This document shows positions 17,400 to 25,728 of a stretch of 64,000 nt of DNA, piece by piece. Under the pieces are notes generated by a model, which was not told the origin of the DNA, did not search any database, and saw only the letters and a program-made list of their open reading frames with translations. The position numbers and the translations under genes were made by a program. This stretch comes from Candidatus Poribacteria bacterium (lineage in GTDB: Bacteria; Poribacteria; WGA-4E; PCPOR2b). The stretch is taken from NCBI GenBank assembly GCA_965208675.1, contig OZ242351.1, forward strand, positions 4,000,001-4,064,000, given 5' to 3'. How positions within the stretch are numbered: the stretch's first letter is position 1; the number at the start of each line of letters is the position of its first letter.

Positions 17400-18560
17400 C
17401 TATTTCTCCAGTGGCGCTGCCTCTTCATTGTCAGCGGTTTCTATAGGGCGGTAAACAACCTGAAAGACTTGGATGGAGTTTGTCCCAATATCGCTGACAA
17501 AAATGCGGCTGTCCCGCGAGATTGCAATTCCCGTGGGTTCGACAAGCTCATCACTGGTAAACGCCATTACGGGTTGACCATCTCCTTTGAAAATCTGTAC
17601 CCGCCGATTACCGCCGTCAATCACATAAAGGTAGTTCCAGCGGTCAAGTGCAATATGGCTCGGCTCTCGAAATTGGCCGAGTGCATCGCCTTCAATTCCC
17701 CACATCTGGACAAGGTTGCCGCTGAAGTCATATTTTTTGATGCGATTATTGCCCGAATCCACAATGTATACATTTCCGCGAGTATCAACAACCAGATCGA
17801 TTGGGTCGCGGAATTGCTCCATTGCCCTGCCAAACTCACCGCGAATCATAGCGGGCAATCCGTCTGTGTCGAACTGGATAAAACGGTGATTTCCAGTATC
17901 GGTTGTATAAACTTCTCCGTTTCGTCCGATGCTAACCCCTTCAGGCAAATCTAGTTCGATTGCTCGATTTGCCTCACCCTCCCTTAGGTCATAATTCAAG
18001 CCGCTTCCAACAACGATACGGAAAATTCGATCCACTAGGTTGCAATACTGGACACGGCTATTACCGGTATCCGCAACATAGAGCAGTTCGGTCCGCTGAA
18101 AGTTAATAGCCACATCCGTAGGTGTATCAAATTCACCGGTTCGCCAGCCGTGCCTGCCGTATTCCGCAATGAAATTCCCGTCTGTGCCAACTACCTGAAT
18201 GCGGTTGTTGCCTGAATCTGCAACGTAGAGTTGTCCGCGATGGTCTAAATCTAATCCAACGGGACGCAGAAATTGTCCAGCACCCTGTCCTGGACGTCCA
18301 ATCGATTCAACATAGTTCACGCCCAAGATGGTTGGTGCGGGGAGATTGTGAATGGAGGAAATAACCTTTGGGGGGGCGGCTTTCAGCGGCGTCTTGTTGT
18401 TCCCTGGCTCAACGGTCTTACCGTGCGGATCGTGTCGAACCGCAGAACAGCCCAAATTGAAGGAGAGCGCAAATGCAGTGAGTAGGAAAAGCCAATGCGT
18501 GCAGTTTTGAGTCGCTCTAGATGATTGCACCCGGTTGATTCGACCTACAAAGTGCAACAT
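17400..18560 (-). CDS. NHL-repeat (6-bladed propeller) lipoprotein
   Basis: Lipobox NLGC and repeated GQF..P.G..D..G.LYVADSGNNRIQ. Confidence 0.9.
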   Translation of the reverse strand: MLHFVGRINRVQSSRATQNCTHWLFLLTAFALSFNLGCSAVRHDPHGKTVEPGNNKTPLKAAPPKVISSIHNLPAPTILGVNYVESIGRPGQGAGQFLRPVGLDLDHRGQLYVADSGNNRIQVVGTDGNFIAEYGRHGWRTGEFDTPTDVAINFQRTELLYVADTGNSRVQYCNLVDRIFRIVVGSGLNYDLREGEANRAIELDLPEGVSIGRNGEVYTTDTGNHRFIQFDTDGLPAMIRGEFGRAMEQFRDPIDLVVDTRGNVYIVDSGNNRIKKYDFSGNLVQMWGIEGDALGQFREPSHIALDRWNYLYVIDGGNRRVQIFKGDGQPVMAFTSDELVEPTGIAISRDSRIFVSDIGTNSIQVFQVVYRPIETADNEEAAPLEK

Positions 18561-18563
18561 CGC

Positions 18564-19181
18564 CTAGCCTTTATGTGTTTGGAATTTGAAAACAAACGTC
18601 GATTCTGTATCGTCGAACTCGGTTCGCACTTTGGGAACGATGACGCGGAGGTGCGACGATTTGATGCTTCGTTTGCGAAAATACAGAAAGAACTGCGTGC
18701 GGCGTTTCGGCATCACCGTTGTTTTCTCAATATCCTCGCGCGGCAAAACGGCGTGATCGCCCTGTATCTGGAGCGCCGGATTCCATCGAAACACATCAGC
18801 CCCAAATTCCGGCGGCAGCTTGGGTCTAAAATTCTTGCCGAGGTAAAACGTCTCCTGAGATTTATCAATCGGTCGGGTTTTATCGCCCGCCTGATCTAGC
18901 ATCCAGCAATCCTTTTTCTTGAACGAGATAAAGTGGTCCGTATTGTTATAGATTAAAACGCCAAAAGCATCAACGGCTTTTACGTCGTTTAGCGGTACTG
19001 CCATCGCTGTAATACCGTTCTTTTCATAAATAACGGTCCCCGACTGAGGCAAGATAGTTGCTTCAGGGTCAAATACGGGAATTATCCGGACCGTCTGAAG
19101 TGCCGAACAGCCCAGTTGAATATATAAAGTCAAGATGAAAATCATCTTGATGCAAATTTGGAGAAATCCGTTCATTTTCAT
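18564..19181 (-). CDS. Uncharacterised lipoprotein
   Basis: Lipobox QLGC, AGGAG RBS, 3 bp from the NHL gene. Confidence 0.7.
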   Translation of the reverse strand: MKMNGFLQICIKMIFILTLYIQLGCSALQTVRIIPVFDPEATILPQSGTVIYEKNGITAMAVPLNDVKAVDAFGVLIYNNTDHFISFKKKDCWMLDQAGDKTRPIDKSQETFYLGKNFRPKLPPEFGADVFRWNPALQIQGDHAVLPREDIEKTTVMPKRRTQFFLYFRKRSIKSSHLRVIVPKVRTEFDDTESTFVFKFQTHKG

Positions 19182-19313
19182 TCATGCTCCTATAGGGTAA
19201 CGCACTAGCAAGTTAAGGTTGATGCATCAATAAGTTCCGTAGATTTCAAAAACCCTTTGGATTCTCGATCCGGCAAATTTTGAAGGAATTGGAAATACAT
19301 ACGCAAGGACGAA

Positions 19314-20138
19314 TTATGAATTCGAGTGAATTATTTTTGCTGTTGCTTTTCGTCCAACTGTCTGCCTGTCGGCGAAAAAGGACAGCAATTTTCCCAATAA
19401 CGCAGGTAACTCTTGGCGCTGGGCGTTCAAATCTATGAGCACATCTGATTGCGGCGAGTCTGAAAGATGGGGAATTCCGTCGCCCCTGTGCGAAACCTTT
19501 TTCTGCTCCGATACAACGAGATCGCCGAGAGGGAATCGTGTTGAGAATCCGCCGGTTACATCTATATCTGTTAAGGCTGTAATCTGTGGGAGACGTGCTT
19601 GTGATAAGCCATCCAGCTCGATTTTCAGATGTGTAATTTCAGCGGGAGTCAGTTCGGATTGCTTCGGCTCATCTGACTTCCGCTTAGAAAGACCGTCGCT
19701 TGGATAAACGGTTATAAGTGGGAGATTTTTTTGCAATGACGCGCGGATGCACGTGAGCAGCGTGACAAAGTGGCAGCGTTGAGGAATGGAATACGGATGC
19801 ACGGCAGTTACAATAACCGGTTTCCCCGAAATTGTGCCTTCACCTGCAGCGATCAACTGGCCATGCCCATCCGGAAATGTCGTATGCGAGACGAAATCCA
19901 TAAGTTCAAGCGATTCCAAAAGCGTTTCGGGTGCCGATGGCGGGTAGAGATTTATCAGCGGCTCCGTATCAAATAGGTGGCGCAGACGCTCCTCCGCAGG
20001 CATCGGCGAATAATGGTCGCAGTGGGGGCAAGCGTAGAAATTGCGCTTTAATACCTGATTAAACACCGGTTCATCACACTGCGGGCACTTCTTCCACAAT
20101 GCATCGCGTCTTTCTGTGTAGTGCGTTATGTCAGTCAC
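19314..20138 (-). CDS. Degenerate AccD-like protein (intact Zn finger, eroded carboxyltransferase motifs)
   Basis: LWKKCPQC...NFYACPHCDHY...AEERL, GEGTISGKPV, TGGF..FPLGDLVVSE. Lacks GGSMG and SGGARMQE. Confidence 0.7.
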   Translation of the reverse strand: MTDITHYTERRDALWKKCPQCDEPVFNQVLKRNFYACPHCDHYSPMPAEERLRHLFDTEPLINLYPPSAPETLLESLELMDFVSHTTFPDGHGQLIAAGEGTISGKPVIVTAVHPYSIPQRCHFVTLLTCIRASLQKNLPLITVYPSDGLSKRKSDEPKQSELTPAEITHLKIELDGLSQARLPQITALTDIDVTGGFSTRFPLGDLVVSEQKKVSHRGDGIPHLSDSPQSDVLIDLNAQRQELPALLGKLLSFFADRQTVGRKATAKIIHSNS

Positions 20139-20174
20139 AACCTTACTCCGCGAGAGTGTGGAAATTCTAATTCA

Positions 20175-20516
20175 TTAAAAACTAGCTACAGCCTCATCTT
20201 CATTGTCGTACCGATCGAAGATTGTCATCAGTTTCGCCATGACAATTAAATTCTTAATGTTCCCGCCAACATTGAGCAGTGCAATTCGTCCGCCGTTCCG
20301 CTGAATTGATGTATAGGCGGCAACAATGACGCCGAGACCAAAGCTATCCACAATACGCACGCGTTCGAGATTCAACACAATTTTCGCTATGTTGCCCGCG
20401 GCAATTTCGATGTGTTCATCAATTGCGCGCTTGAGGTCCAGACTGTCGGATCCGGCGATTCTTCCCGCAATATCCAAAATAGTAACGTCATCTCTCTTAC
20501 GAACCACAATCTCCAT
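20175..20516 (-). CDS. STAS anti-sigma-factor antagonist (RsbV/SpoIIAA-like)
   Basis: LNLERVRIVDSFGLGVIV phosphoacceptor motif. Confidence 0.9.
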   Translation of the reverse strand: MEIVVRKRDDVTILDIAGRIAGSDSLDLKRAIDEHIEIAAGNIAKIVLNLERVRIVDSFGLGVIVAAYTSIQRNGGRIALLNVGGNIKNLIVMAKLMTIFDRYDNEDEAVASF

Positions 20517-20685
20517 CCGAACCTCCGTGTTGTGCCATCTCAGTAACGGGTATCCGAAATTTGCGTATTACGCACCAAATTTAGGTGGGTGCAACCGTAC
20601 GGGTTAGCTGTGCGCCCAAAGCGTAGGTTTAGCCGTTGAAGCTCGCAGTCGGATTGACACGTCTTACGCCAAACCGGCGTTAGGT

Positions 20686-21126
20686 CTACTTCTGTTTGTT
20701 GCTCGGCGATTTCTTGTACTTCACCATCCTTACCGTTGTCCCTGGAGCCTCATAGGTAACTGTGTCCATACAGGTTTCCATCAGAAATATTCCTCTACCG
20801 CTGCTCTTCAACAAATTTTCCGGATTCAACGGATTCTCTACGCTATTCCGATCGAACCCGGCGCCCCCATCCTGAACAACAACCGTGAGCTTGTCTTGAT
20901 TGAGGATGAACTCAAAACGAGCCCGTTTGTTTACATCCTCCTTATTCCCATGTTTAATCGCGTTTGTACCTGCCTCAATCACCGCCAAATTAACCTGTTC
21001 CCTCGATTCATCATCGAATCCCATCTCTTTGAGAATTTGAGAGATTACCGAGTCCAGAACATATACGAGCTGCATTGAACTCGGTATATCAAGGCTAATG
21101 ACGTGCCCTTCGGGCGTCCGGTCCAC
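20686..21126 (-). CDS. Anti-sigma factor Ser/Thr kinase (RsbW-like)
   Basis: LAVIEAGTNAIKHGN, DGGAGFD, SGRGIFLM. Confidence 0.9.
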   Translation of the reverse strand: MDRTPEGHVISLDIPSSMQLVYVLDSVISQILKEMGFDDESREQVNLAVIEAGTNAIKHGNKEDVNKRARFEFILNQDKLTVVVQDGGAGFDRNSVENPLNPENLLKSSGRGIFLMETCMDTVTYEAPGTTVRMVKYKKSPSNKQK

Positions 21127-21130
21127 TTCC

Positions 21131-22336
21131 CTACTTCTCCCCGTGCTTGACTTTTATGGCGACAATCGTAAGGTCGTCATTCCGATGATTCTGCTTTCCA
21201 CTGAACCTCAAGAGATCCGCCTCGATTGCATCGCAAAGCATTTGAGCGGATAAATGCTTGTTGGTGTCAATACATTCAATGAGTTTTTCTTCACCGTACA
21301 GTATACCATCGTCCTCTCGCTCTGTTTCTGTAGCGCCGTCTGTGTATAGAAGCATTCCGTCCCCCGGCGCGAAATGAATTGTCTTAGATTGAAAAGTCGC
21401 AAAATCGAAACTGCCGAGTATCATGCCGCCGGCTTTCAGCGAAGTGATTGTGCTGCCTTCATTTTTCAAATATAAGGGGTAACAGTGCCCCGCATTTGAA
21501 TAGGTGAACGTCATAGATTCCGTATCTAAAATCCCATAAATCATCGTCGCAAATAGGTCTGGATCGGTATCCGCGAAAAGCAAATCGTTAATTCGCTTTA
21601 GCGCCGCAGATGGCGAAGATTCTTCGCGGCATACCAGCCGCAAAGCAGTTCGAATCATAACCATGAGTAAAGCTGCCGGAATGCCCTTGCCGCGGACATC
21701 CGCGATGGCGATACCCAGGTGATTTTCCGTCAAAGGGATAAAGTCGTAAAAATCACCCGATATTGTCATCGAACTCCGCAGTACGCCAGCGATATCATAT
21801 CCCGGTAAATCGGGAGATTTTTGCGGCAGCAACTTTTGTTGGATTATCGCTGCTGTCTTGAGATGAAATGCCAACTGTTCCACGCCGGATTCGCTAAACT
21901 GATCGCCCATCGCGCCTATTAGAGGATTAATATATTTCGTCGGGCGGGTTCTGCCGAGAACGGCTTCTACTCGCGCCGTGAGCTCATCAAGCTGAAAAGG
22001 TTTGGTGATATAATCGTCCGCCCCGGATCGTAAGCCTTGAATTTTTTCATGGGTTTGTGCCTTTGCAGTGAGCATGATGACAGGGATTGTACGGGTTGCC
22101 GCATCCGACTTGAGTCTTTCGATTACCTCAAAGCCGTCAATCTCCGGCATCATGAGATCCAGTAGAATGAGGTCCGGCGCGTGATCTTTTGCGCTTTCCA
22201 ACGCACCGCGTCCGTCGGACGCAGTTATGACGTCGAACCCGTCGGCTGTCAAGCTCGCCTCGACCAATTCGAGGATGTCTATATCATCATCTACGGCTAA
22301 AATCGTCTCAGCCATTAACTTTATGCTCCTGCTCAT
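21131..22336 (-). CDS. Receiver domain fused to SpoIIE/RsbU-type PP2C phosphatase
   Basis: ILAVDDD, LLDLMMP and GADDYITKPF, followed by SGDFYDF, IADVRGKG, NAGH, LYTDG and DDLTIV. Confidence 0.93.
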   Translation of the reverse strand: MSRSIKLMAETILAVDDDIDILELVEASLTADGFDVITASDGRGALESAKDHAPDLILLDLMMPEIDGFEVIERLKSDAATRTIPVIMLTAKAQTHEKIQGLRSGADDYITKPFQLDELTARVEAVLGRTRPTKYINPLIGAMGDQFSESGVEQLAFHLKTAAIIQQKLLPQKSPDLPGYDIAGVLRSSMTISGDFYDFIPLTENHLGIAIADVRGKGIPAALLMVMIRTALRLVCREESSPSAALKRINDLLFADTDPDLFATMIYGILDTESMTFTYSNAGHCYPLYLKNEGSTITSLKAGGMILGSFDFATFQSKTIHFAPGDGMLLYTDGATETEREDDGILYGEEKLIECIDTNKHLSAQMLCDAIEADLLRFSGKQNHRNDDLTIVAIKVKHGEK

Positions 22337-24647
22337 CGACTTCCGTCAATTTATGCGTGATGGGACTCGACAAAGGCAGTACAAACTGAAAATTGCTGCC
22401 TTTCCCCTGATCACCTGCATCAACCCATAGCCTTCCGCCGTGCGCTTCAACAATGGATTTTGTGATGGATAGCCCCAAACCAGACCCGCCTTTCTGGCGT
22501 GTGTGAATATCGCTCCGCTGATAAAACTTTTCGAATATTTTCTGGCGTTCTTCAACTGGAATGCCTGGTCCTGTATCAATAACTTCAACATGAAGTAGGT
22601 TGCCGTCGACTTCGATCTTGACGGTGACTTCTCCGTTGTCGGGCGTAAATTTGATAGCATTGCCAATGAGGTTTGTAAATGCCTGACCCATCCGCGCCTC
22701 ATCACCTATAATTGCTGGAAGAGAATCGGGGCTGACAAAATTCAATTGGATAGCCTTCGCATCAGCTTGCGGTCGAATTTCTTCAATCCGATGATTGGCA
22801 ATCTCAAAGAGCATGATTGGCTCTTGGTTCATCTGGATACGGCCGGATTCAATCCGAGAAACATCAAGCAAGTCGTTAATGAGTGCTGCCAGCCGCTTCG
22901 ATTGGCGGTGCACGCGAATAAGGCTGTTCTGTTGTTTTTCATTGATAGGCCCCGTTTTACCGTCAAGAATAAAGGATACGAAACCGATGATAGAGGTCAA
23001 CGGCGTCCGCAGCTCATGGGAGACCAGAGAGATAAAGTCCGATTTCATCTGATCGATTTCCTTTTCTCGCGTAATGTCATCAAAAACATAAACAATGCCA
23101 AGCGAGAAACCGTTTTCGTCCAGGAACGGACTGGCGACCACGCGAACAACCCTTTGCTCGCCGCCATGGCCCACGTTCACTTCAGAAATGGCCGCGTTAT
23201 CCTGCGAAATCTGGGACTGGCTGTCCTTGATTACTTGTGTAAGTTCCACATCCCTGATTATTTGGGTGAAATCTTCACCAATCTGATTCACGCTCACGTT
23301 TAGTAGAAATTCAGCAGCGGGATTGATATGAAGCACACGATTGTCGCCATCTACAAGAATCAGCCCTTCTGCCAGGCTGTTCACGATGGCGGACATCTTT
23401 TTCTCCTCTTCTGTCAATTTCCCGACGGCAGTTTCGAGATGCTTGCGCATTGAATTGAATTCCTGCGCTAGAACTCCCACCTCGTTGCTGCTGGTGACGG
23501 GTATCTTTTGATTAAAATCACCCTGCCCCATGGCGCGCGCCGCCCTCGCTACCCGCATAATTGGCGTCACTATACGTTGCGAGACTATCAATGCTATAAT
23601 CACAACCACGATGCATGAAACGATTGTGAAAGTCAAGATGCGGCGCGTGAGTTTTGTGATTTCCGGAAAGGCTAGCCGTTCGGGTTGTGAAACCAAAATT
23701 GCCAAGTCAATAAATTTTAAACTGCCGCTGCCAGATGTGTCTTCCCGTGGGGTGCGCGCCCAAGCATAGACTTTTTTTTCGCCTTGACTGTTCCGTTCGC
23801 CCTCCATCTCATAACCATGGTCTTCTGCGCCGGCATTAATGAAATCGAAAACGGCATTGCTAAATTCTATATGATCCGAGAAGCCATATCCACTTTCCGG
23901 CGCAGCCGCAATTACTCGTCCATGTTCATTTATGATGAACGTTTCGATTCCCTCAAAGATTTTATCTGCTTCGGACGATGATTTAACCATTTCTGAAAGT
24001 ACAGGGATTGTGATGTTGGCTCTGAGGACGCCAACTATTTTTGAACTTGGGTTCTCAGACCTGCGGATAGGCAAAGCCACCGTCAGAATGTGGCGCTTTT
24101 CGACCTCGTCGAATTGAAGGTCCTCAATGTAATCATAGCCAAATCCATTATTATAAGCTTTGTGCCACCACTCGTCATTGATTTGCCGCCCCGATGGCTT
24201 CTCAGCTGTCGAGATAACTATTTGCCGATGCAGGTTCGTAATTGTAATTTCGCTGTCTGGCCCGGCGTGTCCTTCAAACTGCGTTATACTATTCCGCAAT
24301 GTGGAATTAACGCGGCGTAGCGTGGAGAGTCTTGAAGGCTTTGACAATGCGTCTCCGTTTGCTTGGGCGACTTTTTCGCATATCGCCGGCATATGGTTTT
24401 TTATGTTTTCTACGCGGCTCTGGATGCTTAAATGCGCATGATTAAGTTTTCCCTTTGCAAATCTTACTAAGCTTTCAGCAATTGTATTCTTTAGCGCAAT
24501 CTTACCGTCCCGATTCACCAGAAAGGAAAATAACAGTAGAGGTGCTAGTGAAACGAGCAGAAAAAGTAGTACAAGCTGTCCACGCAAGCCCGTTTTGAGA
24601 TAAAGAGATTTCATGGTCAGTTGATGATTGCTATCCGTCCGAATCAA
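22308..24647 (-). CDS. Membrane sensor histidine kinase (Cache-like, HAMP, PAS, HisKA, HATPase)
   Basis: Two TM segments, HAMP NEVGVLAQEFNSM, SHELRTPL, NLIGNAIKFT, DTGPGIP, GSGLGL. Confidence 0.93.
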   Translation of the reverse strand: MIRTDSNHQLTMKSLYLKTGLRGQLVLLFLLVSLAPLLLFSFLVNRDGKIALKNTIAESLVRFAKGKLNHAHLSIQSRVENIKNHMPAICEKVAQANGDALSKPSRLSTLRRVNSTLRNSITQFEGHAGPDSEITITNLHRQIVISTAEKPSGRQINDEWWHKAYNNGFGYDYIEDLQFDEVEKRHILTVALPIRRSENPSSKIVGVLRANITIPVLSEMVKSSSEADKIFEGIETFIINEHGRVIAAAPESGYGFSDHIEFSNAVFDFINAGAEDHGYEMEGERNSQGEKKVYAWARTPREDTSGSGSLKFIDLAILVSQPERLAFPEITKLTRRILTFTIVSCIVVVIIALIVSQRIVTPIMRVARAARAMGQGDFNQKIPVTSSNEVGVLAQEFNSMRKHLETAVGKLTEEEKKMSAIVNSLAEGLILVDGDNRVLHINPAAEFLLNVSVNQIGEDFTQIIRDVELTQVIKDSQSQISQDNAAISEVNVGHGGEQRVVRVVASPFLDENGFSLGIVYVFDDITREKEIDQMKSDFISLVSHELRTPLTSIIGFVSFILDGKTGPINEKQQNSLIRVHRQSKRLAALINDLLDVSRIESGRIQMNQEPIMLFEIANHRIEEIRPQADAKAIQLNFVSPDSLPAIIGDEARMGQAFTNLIGNAIKFTPDNGEVTVKIEVDGNLLHVEVIDTGPGIPVEERQKIFEKFYQRSDIHTRQKGGSGLGLSITKSIVEAHGGRLWVDAGDQGKGSNFQFVLPLSSPITHKLTEVDEQEHKVNG

Positions 24648-24975
24648 ACGCGTTTATTGCAGATTCTTCATCCATGTAAATTTCGAGAATGGTATTTAGC
24701 CGTGTAACCTGCAAGACATTCATAACAGCTTTTTGTGGGTTCAGTAAGACAAGCATGCCGCCCTGCTTTTTGAGAAACTGCAAGATGGCTATAATCATTC
24801 CAAGCGCGGAGCTATCAAGCAAAGGAACGTTCGTCAGGTCTAGAATCAATCGCCCTTCGCTCTTCTCAATCTGCTTATCCATTTCGCGGCGAAGTGCATG
24901 TGCAGCATTTCCAAGGATTTTGCCCTCCACGCGAAGAATGGGAATGTTGTGTTTACTGATGGTTGTCTCAAACAT
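24631..24975 (-). CDS. Second STAS anti-sigma-factor antagonist
   Basis: ILDLTNVPLLDSSALGMII. Confidence 0.9.
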   Translation of the reverse strand: MFETTISKHNIPILRVEGKILGNAAHALRREMDKQIEKSEGRLILDLTNVPLLDSSALGMIIAILQFLKKQGGMLVLLNPQKAVMNVLQVTRLNTILEIYMDEESAINAFDSDG

Positions 24976-25680
24976 CTAATGAAACTCCTTAATCCTTCGT
25001 ATAGCGACGAATGTACGATTGAGTTCGTCAATTCGGCAGTTCACAATGGATTGGATGCCGCCGTTGAAGGACTGCAACTTAGATTTGGCGCTCCGAATTT
25101 CGGTTTCGACGTTACGCAGCTTATACGCAATCCAAGTCCCGTCTGGTTTTAGTAACGGCAGGCAGTAAACTAACGAGTCGGCTAGCGAAGCGACATAACG
25201 TGTAAGTACCCAATCATAAGCGTTAGCATGCTGGCTCATTTCACCACATTCTTCCGCACGCGCCACAATAACACAAATATCTTCCCAAGTTGCGGCGTCG
25301 TCAGATTGCGCATCTCTGCGGAGTTGAGCAATAAGGTAATGCAGGAAACTCACCTTCCTCAGTGAAGATTCAACTAGGACAAGCTGAAGCCCAGGCAAAA
25401 AAATTTTTAGCGGAACGCCCGGGAAGCCCGCACCTGTCCCAACATCAATCACTGAATCGCGCGGTTTGATAGGAAAATTGTGAAGCACACTCAACGAATC
25501 GAGGAAATGTTTAACAATAATTCCATAATCATCCCGAATCGATGTCAGATTTATTCGCGAATTCCAGCGTTTGAGTTCAGTCCAGTACGTGATATATTGA
25601 TTAATCTGTAATTCTGTTAGCGGGAAGCCGTGTTGGAGAAAGGTTTGCTTTAGCAGGATTCGGAAATCATCAGTATTCAC
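24976..25680 (-). CDS. rsmG: 16S rRNA m7G527 methyltransferase
   Basis: WN..INLTSI, KHFLDSL, DVGTGAGFPG. Follows mnmG. Confidence 0.93.
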   Translation of the reverse strand: MNTDDFRILLKQTFLQHGFPLTELQINQYITYWTELKRWNSRINLTSIRDDYGIIVKHFLDSLSVLHNFPIKPRDSVIDVGTGAGFPGVPLKIFLPGLQLVLVESSLRKVSFLHYLIAQLRRDAQSDDAATWEDICVIVARAEECGEMSQHANAYDWVLTRYVASLADSLVYCLPLLKPDGTWIAYKLRNVETEIRSAKSKLQSFNGGIQSIVNCRIDELNRTFVAIRRIKEFH

Positions 25681-25728
25681 TGATTTATGAATTTCTGGGT
25701 ATTAGTTAAAATGTATTGGGGGCACTCG

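Noticed and set aside
19219-19230. FNR-like box TTGATGCATCAA
   Set aside because: The half-sites are 2 bp apart rather than the 4 bp required for FNR.
20517-20685. c-di-GMP-I riboswitch on the minus strand before the STAS gene
   Set aside because: Only loose GGCTAAACC..GGGCGCACAGC similarity. The GNRA tetraloop and second stem are missing.
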